This document shows positions 34,224 to 41,539 of a stretch of DNA of 42,311 nucleotides, piece by piece. The notes under the pieces were generated by a model. That model had not been told where the DNA came from, did no database searches, and saw only the letters and a list, made by a program, of their open reading frames with translations. This DNA comes from an uncultured euryarchaeote. GTDB lineage: Archaea; Thermoplasmatota; Poseidoniia; Poseidoniales; Poseidoniaceae. The stretch covers positions 1 to 42,311 of the forward strand of contig CAXDRT010000002.1 in the NCBI GenBank assembly GCA_963991835.1, read 5' to 3'. A program made the position numbers and the translations under genes. Position 1 is the stretch's first letter. The number at the start of each line of letters is the position of its first letter.

Positions 34224-35264
34224 ATGAGAATTCTAATTACAGGTGGATGCGGATTCATTGGGAACCATGTTGTCCGTAGAACACTTATGATACCAGGCGT
34301 AGAACGAGTCGTCAATGTTGATGCATTAACCTACTCTGGAAATCTTGATAATTGCAAGGATATCATCGATCAACGTTACCGATTCGTAAATGAGAGCATC
34401 AACAACAAATCAGCGATGGATCAAATCATTGAGGATGAGAAAATCTCAGTCCTCATCCATCTGGCTGCTGAGAGTCATGTTGATCGTTCAATAAATTCAG
34501 TCCAACCTTTTGTTGAAACAAATATCGATGGAACGAGAATTTTGTTAGAATCAATTGTCGATTCGAAAACATCTGGAAGACCCATTCATTTTATTCATGT
34601 ATCAACCGATGAAGTCTATGGCTCACTAAAGCCTGATGACCCCCCATTTACTGAAGATACCCCATTGAACCCCCAAAACCCATACGCCGCTACCAAAGCA
34701 GCCTCAGATATGCTCGTTCAAGCATTTGTGAATACGCATAATATTTCAGCAGTAATCACTCGTTGTTCAAACAATTTTGGTCCAAGACAATTTCCTGAAA
34801 AACTGATTCCATTGATGACAATCAATGCGATGAATAACAAAGCACTTCCGATTTATGGAGATGGGAAACAAATCAGAGATTGGATACACGTCGAAGATCA
34901 TGTGTCGGGAATCCTCAGTTCAATGCTCGCCCTCGTAGTTGGGCAAATACGGTCTGGAGAAGTGTTTAATTTTGGAGCTGCGAATGAAAGGACAAATATC
35001 GAAATTGTTCAAACCATCATTGAAGAAATAGGAGTAGACGAATCTCTAATCTCGTTTGTAACAGATCGTCCAGGGCATGATCGAAGATATGCAATGGGGT
35101 ATGAGAAAGCAGATCGAATCCTCGGTTGGCGTCCAGAGATTGCATGGGAGGCTGGATTATCTGAAACCATACAATGGTATACTGAAAATAAAGCTTGGAT
35201 TGATTCGATTACCTCTGGTGAATATCGCAACTATATCAAAAATCAATACGGTATTGATGATTGA
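34224..35264 (+). CDS. rfbB: dTDP-glucose 4,6-dehydratase
   Basis: ILITGGCGFIGNHVV, LTYSGN, HLAAESHVDRS, STDEVYG, the catalytic Y-x3-K in YAATKAASD, and GDGKQIRDWIHVEDH. Confidence 0.93.
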   Translation: MRILITGGCGFIGNHVVRRTLMIPGVERVVNVDALTYSGNLDNCKDIIDQRYRFVNESINNKSAMDQIIEDEKISVLIHLAAESHVDRSINSVQPFVETNIDGTRILLESIVDSKTSGRPIHFIHVSTDEVYGSLKPDDPPFTEDTPLNPQNPYAATKAASDMLVQAFVNTHNISAVITRCSNNFGPRQFPEKLIPLMTINAMNNKALPIYGDGKQIRDWIHVEDHVSGILSSMLALVVGQIRSGEVFNFGAANERTNIEIVQTIIEEIGVDESLISFVTDRPGHDRRYAMGYEKADRILGWRPEIAWEAGLSETIQWYTENKAWIDSITSGEYRNYIKNQYGIDD

Positions 35265-35265
35265 T

Positions 35266-36096
35266 TTACTTCAGTATTGAACGAGCCTGTTTGACGAGCT
35301 TTACGAGTTCAACTCTCGCCTCATCTGAATTTTTAACATCATTACTGAATGCAAGACGTATCGGTTTCTTTCCAGATTCGGTGGTTGCCATCATTTCGAA
35401 CCCATACCTATCGATTGCAGTCATAACCGCTTCAGAAGTATCGATTGCTTTACTCATTGCCTTACAATAAAGAACAAGAGCATCTGCATGATCTTCATTC
35501 ATGTGGGTGATGATATCTTCAGAGAATTCATCGACAGGATCAGCTTCAGCATCACCCCATCTGGAACCACTCACCCATGACATTCGTCCAAATCCACCGA
35601 TGTAGCGTACGGAATCAACAGAGAGACGGAAAAAAGCAAAATCCTCCCAATCTGCGTATACGGATGCACTCTCGTGAGCCTCAAGGAAAGCATGTTTTGC
35701 AGCGTCTCTATCTTCACCAGTAATTTCTCGACATTCACCAACAAGAGTCACTCGACCAAGCGCCAGCGGGTTTCCTTCCCCAGTCTCTGCAATAAGCAAA
35801 GATGTCTTTGAATTCTGATTCAAATTTTTGGTATGTTCGGCAAGTTGGCTCAACAAAAATATTGGGTCACCCTCGTGCATAGCATACGTGACATAGGAAC
35901 CATATGGATATCCTTCGGATTTTGTTGAGATTGTGCATAATGTCGCAATATTCATTCTCGAAGCAAGAGTTCGAGCATATTCTGCATGCGATGGTTTTGC
36001 TACGTTTTTGTCATACAGGAGTTCTGGTTTGGAAGACCCATCTGCGTCTGGGGATGCATGTTTTGTAAATTTTTTATGCTCATTATCATTGCTCAT
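35266..36096 (-). CDS. Pyridoxamine-5'-phosphate-oxidase-like split-barrel + DUF2470 protein (HugZ/HutZ heme-degrading enzyme / GluTR-binding-protein family)
   Basis: ARTLASRMNIATLCTIS...GYPYGSYVTYA...PIFLLSQLAEHTKNL...GRVTLVG...FFRLSVDSVRYIGGFGRMSWV has the split-barrel pattern. The C-terminal IITHMNEDHADALVLYCKA is the DUF2470 signature. ATG 36096 overlaps the ATPase gene's 3' end by 11 nt. Confidence 0.75.
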   Translation of the reverse strand: MSNDNEHKKFTKHASPDADGSSKPELLYDKNVAKPSHAEYARTLASRMNIATLCTISTKSEGYPYGSYVTYAMHEGDPIFLLSQLAEHTKNLNQNSKTSLLIAETGEGNPLALGRVTLVGECREITGEDRDAAKHAFLEAHESASVYADWEDFAFFRLSVDSVRYIGGFGRMSWVSGSRWGDAEADPVDEFSEDIITHMNEDHADALVLYCKAMSKAIDTSEAVMTAIDRYGFEMMATTESGKKPIRLAFSNDVKNSDEARVELVKLVKQARSILK

Positions 36097-36961
36097 ATGT
36101 CTCACCTTTTGTATTGCTCATGTCCTCTACAGGAACACTCTCATGTTTCGCTGCTATTGTGTTTTGTGGTTCTTTAAGTTCATCTTTCACGAAGACTCGA
36201 AGGGGTTCGGAGACAGAGGTTGGTAACGAAATTTCAGAAGTTACATCAAAAACTTTCGCTATATTTTCAGATGTCAATACCTCGATAGGAGTTCCATCAG
36301 CGACTATTTCCCCATCCGATAGAAGAATAATTCGATCCGAAAACCTTGCTGCAATATTGATGTCATGTATGGCAATGAGAGCTGATTTTGGCGATTCTGT
36401 ATCTGAGACAAGCGACTTCAATTTCTTCATCACTTGAATTTGATTCTTCAAATCTAAATCACTCGTAGGTTCGTCGAGTAAGAATAATTGGGGTTCTTGG
36501 GCAATCGCCTTGGCGATGATAATTCTCTGACGCTCTCCACCCGATAATTGGTTGAATTTCCTAAATGCAAAATCTTCTAAATTCAAAAATCGAAGTGTAT
36601 CACTTACTACTTTTCGGTCATTTTCTCCTATTCTCCAGTTGATGTATGGCCTACGTCCAAGCAAGACAACATCAAAAACATCCATCGAAAAACTTGAACG
36701 AACTGATTGAGGTACATAGGAGATTAATTTAGATATTTCAACTAAATCTAATTCATTTAAATCCATTGATTTAAGTTTGATTTCAGCCGTTTGAGGCGTG
36801 ATAATTCTATTTAGACATTTGAGTAACGTCGACTTTCCTGCCCCGTTTATTCCAAGTATGGACACAAGTTCATTTTCAGGGATTGATAATTCGATCTCTT
36901 TCAAAACGTGATTATCTCCGTAACTAAACGAGAGATTTTGAACTTCTAGTAAATTACCCAT
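36086..36961 (-). CDS. ABC transporter ATP-binding protein, iron-chelate/heme/cobalamin (FepC/HmuV/BtuD) type
   Basis: LEVQNLSFSYGDNHVLKEI, Walker A GINGAGKST, signature LSGGERQRIIIAKA, Walker B LFLLDEPTSDLD and H-loop IAIHD. Confidence 0.88.
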   Translation of the reverse strand: MGNLLEVQNLSFSYGDNHVLKEIELSIPENELVSILGINGAGKSTLLKCLNRIITPQTAEIKLKSMDLNELDLVEISKLISYVPQSVRSSFSMDVFDVVLLGRRPYINWRIGENDRKVVSDTLRFLNLEDFAFRKFNQLSGGERQRIIIAKAIAQEPQLFLLDEPTSDLDLKNQIQVMKKLKSLVSDTESPKSALIAIHDINIAARFSDRIILLSDGEIVADGTPIEVLTSENIAKVFDVTSEISLPTSVSEPLRVFVKDELKEPQNTIAAKHESVPVEDMSNTKGETYEQ

Positions 36962-36965
36962 CGTA

Positions 36966-38000
36966 TCAATCCTTACCTCTTAGCAAAAGGTACATGAAAA
37001 ATGGACCTCCTATCACTGAAAGCATTACGCCAACTGGAATGACAATTGGAGCGAATAAAGTTCGACCAAGTGTGTCTGCCAATATCATCAAAAACGCCCC
37101 AAAGACCGCTGAGCATGGTATTAATTTCCTGAAATCATTTCCAACAATTATCCGAGCCATATGAGGTGCTGCTAGACCAACAAATCCAATCAAACCAGTA
37201 AATGCAATGACTATGGACGTCATCAATGCGGTTAAAATGAGAATATTCCTACGTATTTGCCTAGGATTAACTCCTGTCGATATAGCAAAATCATCGCCTC
37301 CTAACGATAAGGCATTTAGATCCCAAGACCATTTCAGAGCTGTCGGGAGTAATCCAATGACTGCAACACTAATCCAGAGAACATTCACAAGATTAGGACG
37401 GGAAAGACTACCAAATGACCAGTGGGCAAGTTGTGATAATTGTTCATCTGTTGCGAAATATTGCAATATAGATACAATCGCTCCAGAGATAAAGGTAATC
37501 GCAATTCCAATCAAAATATATGATTCCGGTGAAATTGATTTCATATCGCCTAATTTAATGATGATAAATACAACAATCAATGAGAAAAAGAAAGCATTTG
37601 CAACAATTGCTAATTCAGGTATGTTGACAACTGAAAATCCCACCACAATTGCAAGTGATGAGCCAAGAACTGCGCCTGATGAAACACCTAGCGTCAAAGG
37701 AGATACCAATGGATTGCCCAAACAACCCTGCATCAGAGCACCTGCAGTTGCCAAGGCAATACCTCCTATTATCGCCATTAATATTCTAGGAAATCTAAGT
37801 TCCCAGAGGATATTAGATTGAAGTTTATCTGGTTCATCAATTCCAAAAATGATCTTCGCTGTTTTCCACATATCTAAACTGGAAGAAGAACCTTGCCCGA
37901 TTGCAACGATTGAAAGGAAAATTGTCAAAACACAAAGAGCAACAATCGATACAATTTGTTTTTTTGCATCTTGGATGTGTTTCATCGACAATGAATCCAT
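36966..38000 (-). CDS. FecCD-family ABC permease (HmuU/BtuC-like)
   Basis: LRFPRILMAIIGGIALATAGALMQG..GNPLVSP..LGVSSGA and GLIGFVGLAAPHMARIIVG are FecCD signatures. ATG 38000 lies 4 nt after the binding-protein stop. The track ORF extends to 38075, inside the upstream gene. Confidence 0.9.
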   Translation of the reverse strand: MDSLSMKHIQDAKKQIVSIVALCVLTIFLSIVAIGQGSSSSLDMWKTAKIIFGIDEPDKLQSNILWELRFPRILMAIIGGIALATAGALMQGCLGNPLVSPLTLGVSSGAVLGSSLAIVVGFSVVNIPELAIVANAFFFSLIVVFIIIKLGDMKSISPESYILIGIAITFISGAIVSILQYFATDEQLSQLAHWSFGSLSRPNLVNVLWISVAVIGLLPTALKWSWDLNALSLGGDDFAISTGVNPRQIRRNILILTALMTSIVIAFTGLIGFVGLAAPHMARIIVGNDFRKLIPCSAVFGAFLMILADTLGRTLFAPIVIPVGVMLSVIGGPFFMYLLLRGKD

Positions 38001-38004
38001 GGCC

Positions 38005-39108
38005 CTAACCACCAAAGGAAGTGCAAACGAATGTACCGACTCTTTCGATGTCATGATGCTCCAAGTAATAATCATCTAGATATTTCTCAGCGTCAACATC
38101 CATGAAGAGAGTCGGATGGAAATATTTCGCTAAGGTGGGTAGCCCATGAATCATCATTGGGCCTGCGAATTCACCTGCCATAATGAGCATACGGTCATCG
38201 ACAATGGATTTCATTCCATCAAATCCTGCTCGCCCAGCAATAAAATCCATGTGTGTTTCACATTTGTTGTCATCGTCGAAATCATTGTATCCTATGTCAA
38301 ATGTTATTCCATCGAACATGAGAATATCTGGGTTAGCATCGATGATAGCCTCCATGTCTACATGAGTGGTATGGCCTGGCAAGTCTGCAAATACATTAAC
38401 TCCTCCAGCTCTATCGATGAGATCGGTCCATTGTGACGTTCCAGTCAAAACAACTGGATCTCTGGTTAGAGAAGCATGGTGTTCCATCACAATATCTGGC
38501 CTATCTGAATCATTTAATCCAGAAATTCGTTCTTCAACCATAGTTTCGATTTCATCAAATTCCTCGAATAGAGACTCTGCCTTTTGCTCTGCTCCAAAGA
38601 GTGTCGCAAAGGCAGAAATTTCTTCTCTTAGATAGTCATATTTATAGAAATCTAAGGCGATAACTTTGATGCCTACTGGTTCTAATTTCTCTCTGATTAC
38701 ACCGGTGTCAACCATTCCATTAGTTGCAAAGACAATATACGCATCAGGTCGGCAATCAAGGAGAGCCTCAAAATCAATTTCGGAATGAGCAGACAACTGA
38801 ACAAGCGGTACATCGGTTAGTTCAGGCCAAATAGATGCATCATCAAAGTCACCAGAGACACCGACAATTACATCGAGATCGACATCAAGCATTCGCAAGA
38901 CTGTACCTGCGTACGTATTGGTGATAACAATTCGTTCTGGGTGGTCCTCAAAACGGTGTTCAATACCGTTTGAGTCTGTAAGAACAATCGTTCCATTTTG
39001 TTCTGATTCATCATCTTGAATGGAGTATTGCCACACACCGATTGAGCAAACTAGCACCAATGCTATTTGGAATAAGGCCACGCTTCGGCCGCTAGACATC
39101 ATCATCAT
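38005..39108 (-). CDS. Class-8 periplasmic-binding-protein-like substrate-binding protein (HmuT/BtuF/FhuD type)
   Basis: N-terminal hydrophobic anchor (SVALFQIALVLVCSIGV), then PERIVITNTYAGTVLRMLDVDLDVIVGVSG and PDILMFDG, both typical of PF01497-type binders. Four consecutive ATGs (39099-39108) follow a GGAGG motif. Confidence 0.8.
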   Translation of the reverse strand: MMMMSSGRSVALFQIALVLVCSIGVWQYSIQDDESEQNGTIVLTDSNGIEHRFEDHPERIVITNTYAGTVLRMLDVDLDVIVGVSGDFDDASIWPELTDVPLVQLSAHSEIDFEALLDCRPDAYIVFATNGMVDTGVIREKLEPVGIKVIALDFYKYDYLREEISAFATLFGAEQKAESLFEEFDEIETMVEERISGLNDSDRPDIVMEHHASLTRDPVVLTGTSQWTDLIDRAGGVNVFADLPGHTTHVDMEAIIDANPDILMFDGITFDIGYNDFDDDNKCETHMDFIAGRAGFDGMKSIVDDRMLIMAGEFAGPMMIHGLPTLAKYFHPTLFMDVDAEKYLDDYYLEHHDIERVGTFVCTSFGG

Positions 39109-41446
39109 TCCTCCACAGAGTGAACATAATGGTTGAAGTCAATATGACAAGTACTATCGAACCAAGTGAAAGGAATGGAAGAAATCCTTCATCCTCTTTC
39201 TCAATCTCATCGATAGTCACGAATTCAGAGGATGAATATTCTGAAATCTTTCCACTCACCATGACATTCACTCGAAGACGGTTTTGTCCAGTCAACATGT
39301 CTTCTAGAGTTGTGAAGTTGTCACTTCCGTTGTACATCTCAATCACACCTCCCTCAGCGTCCTGAACAATGACAGAGTACCATTCAGCGTCGGGAATAGA
39401 CGACCATGAAAGATTCAATGACTCACCATTTTCAATTGTATTTGGAATAGAATCAATGACAGGAGTGGTTGGAATGAAATCAACATTGATTTGAATTTCA
39501 TCTCCTTCAATCAGATACCCAATATCAGTTAATGTATTCAAAGAATATACATAATTCCCGTCAGCATTCCTTTCCACATCGAATGATGTTGAATCGCCTT
39601 CATAGATCACTGCCCCATTCTGAATTAATTGGTAAAGTGTTGCACTTGGGAAACTTGCCCAACTGATTGTGTAATCTTTGCTTGTAATGGTTGATGATTC
39701 GGTAATGAATTTTGGTTTCGTAGGAATATCATAGCCACTTAATTCATACATTACGCTATCAGAGTGAGAACCTGGTAGCCGATCGACGATTTTCACATAA
39801 TTACGAACTGTTGAGTTGTACCACAGTTCCCAAGAAACAACTCCGTCGTCACTATCGGTAATTGTGATATAGGTCGTAAGGAATGTTTCGCCCAATACTG
39901 TAATTTCTACGTTTTCTTGAATAGAAACAGTGTTTTGTGTGTCATCGTATCCATTTGGATGTCCTGGAACTCCAATGATATTTGTTCGATTGAAATGAAG
40001 CGATTCAGGAAGGAGTTCTGAGAAAAATGCAGCTTCTTCACCTGAATTCGTAAAATCCCAACCCATTGTACCTTCTTGGAAATAAGATGAGCTTTCTGGG
40101 GCATCAACCCAATACGTCTTCACTGGCAGTAGATTGGATGCATCGAACCATCGAAAGGCCTTTTCACCTTCTTGGTACGTATCGTCAGTAATTCGGACAA
40201 GGAATGTTTCTTGATCTCGATCAAATGCATCAGAGATTGTTTCAGTCCCAATCATCGTGTATGTTCTATTATGGAAATATTCTGGAGTGTGGCTGATTGA
40301 ATAGTCCCAGCTCATGCCTGCTTGCCAAACCTGGTCATTTGTTGGATTCGGTAAAACAATCATCAAAAGTACAGGTGAGTTTTCATTCGTACCGTTGATG
40401 TTGTGCGATACGATCTTGAATTCATGTGTCCCAGATTCGAGTGGAGTGTACTCAAACGATTCATACGGACCCCTGTAGAGAAGGTTTTCTTCAGAAATTT
40501 CCCCTCGATATAAGGAGTAATAATCTGTATAGTCGCCTCCAGCCCATTCAAGATTGAATGGAGACATGATGACCGTTTCCATTTGAGACAAGAACGTGAC
40601 ATTGTGAGGGAACTCTACATCAACTATTGAAGTTAAATTAAGCCAATTCTGACCATTAGAAACAACATGTTGAACTGGAGGCATTAACTCAATACCATCT
40701 TGGTGGAGGGTAAGGGTTTCATTCCCACCAATCGAGAGATTTCTTAGTGAGAAGAAACCATCTGAATTTGTGAGAGTTGAGAGTTCTCCATTACTGACTT
40801 CAACGCCTGCAACAGGAAGGTCAAGGCTGTCCAATATGTATCCATAGATATTGTTCATGCCATGATAGAAATCGAAATGATTTGCTTTAGGATTCGAAGA
40901 CGAACCCTCTTGTAACTTGAAATGAAGAGACTGAGATGTTTGATCCGAACCATCATAGTTTGTATGGAGCGTGAAATACTCTCCTATTTTTAGGGGTCCA
41001 AACTCGACATTCCCGTCACTTACGGTCTTGCCTTCACCAGTTTCTTCAAGATAAATCACACTTGAGTTTGCAATTTCGTGGTCGATGCCATCATGCAGAG
41101 TACCTGTAATCCAGTTCTTCCCTTGATAAAAATCAAGTTCAAGATCACCATCGATATTGATGGTGCGATAGACGACTGTATGTCCATTATTCATGAAATA
41201 TGCTCGAATAACGTGCTCTCCTGGCGTAATTCCATTGAGCTCATATTCGCCATCAACAGACCAAACAGAATCAAGCGAATCTACTTTCATAGATGTGCTA
41301 TCAGCTATTTCCCCGTTCGAATCGAACAATGAGCCATAGATTCTGTACGTTTCCTCTGAAGAGGAAGTGTCTTCTGCAAGTGTAGAGAGTGGTACCACCA
41401 AACTCATGGCTAACAGGAATACTACACCAAGTGTACTACAGCGCAT
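39092..41446 (-). CDS. Surface-anchored protein with carboxypeptidase-regulatory-like and fibronectin-III-like beta-sandwich domains and a C-terminal TM anchor
   Basis: ATG 41446 (MRCSTLGVVFLLAMSLVVPLSTLA, a signal peptide) is preceded by GAGGAGAGGAG. The GTG at 41473 used by the track would run into the intergenic hairpin. Beta-sandwich-like repeats include YRIYGSLFDSNGE..., IYGYILDSLDLPVAGVEV..., LEWAGGDYTDYYSLYRG, YTISWASFPSATLYQL and LNLSWSSIPDAEWYSV. The C-terminal TM helix is FLPFLSLGSIVLVILTSTIMFTLW. Confidence 0.75.
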   Translation of the reverse strand: MRCSTLGVVFLLAMSLVVPLSTLAEDTSSSEETYRIYGSLFDSNGEIADSTSMKVDSLDSVWSVDGEYELNGITPGEHVIRAYFMNNGHTVVYRTINIDGDLELDFYQGKNWITGTLHDGIDHEIANSSVIYLEETGEGKTVSDGNVEFGPLKIGEYFTLHTNYDGSDQTSQSLHFKLQEGSSSNPKANHFDFYHGMNNIYGYILDSLDLPVAGVEVSNGELSTLTNSDGFFSLRNLSIGGNETLTLHQDGIELMPPVQHVVSNGQNWLNLTSIVDVEFPHNVTFLSQMETVIMSPFNLEWAGGDYTDYYSLYRGEISEENLLYRGPYESFEYTPLESGTHEFKIVSHNINGTNENSPVLLMIVLPNPTNDQVWQAGMSWDYSISHTPEYFHNRTYTMIGTETISDAFDRDQETFLVRITDDTYQEGEKAFRWFDASNLLPVKTYWVDAPESSSYFQEGTMGWDFTNSGEEAAFFSELLPESLHFNRTNIIGVPGHPNGYDDTQNTVSIQENVEITVLGETFLTTYITITDSDDGVVSWELWYNSTVRNYVKIVDRLPGSHSDSVMYELSGYDIPTKPKFITESSTITSKDYTISWASFPSATLYQLIQNGAVIYEGDSTSFDVERNADGNYVYSLNTLTDIGYLIEGDEIQINVDFIPTTPVIDSIPNTIENGESLNLSWSSIPDAEWYSVIVQDAEGGVIEMYNGSDNFTTLEDMLTGQNRLRVNVMVSGKISEYSSSEFVTIDEIEKEDEGFLPFLSLGSIVLVILTSTIMFTLWRNDDDV

Positions 41447-41470
41447 GGATCTCCTCTCCTCGAAGAGCGA

Positions 41471-41507
41471 CACTGGAGGGGATAGGGCGATAGTACCTCC
41501 TCCAGTG
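41471..41507 (-). promoter_or_regulatory. Intercistronic stem-loop (9-bp stem CACTGGAGG / CCTCCAGTG, 19-nt loop)
   Basis: A perfect inverted repeat, 41471-41479 paired with 41499-41507. It lies in the 93-nt spacer between the stop of the cysteine-rich protein gene (41540) and ATG 41446 of the next gene. This is the only sizeable spacer in an otherwise overlapping operon. Confidence 0.45.
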
Positions 41508-41539
41508 CCGCAGCAAGTGGATTGTGATCAACAGTTTAT

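Noticed and set aside
37207-37821. 204-aa ORF on the plus strand
   Set aside because: It lies entirely inside, and antisense to, the well-supported FecCD permease gene. It is a typical shadow ORF of a hydrophobic-protein gene. The same reasoning applies to 13157..13567, 32764..33186, 2039..2434, 15275..15661 and 26389..26835.
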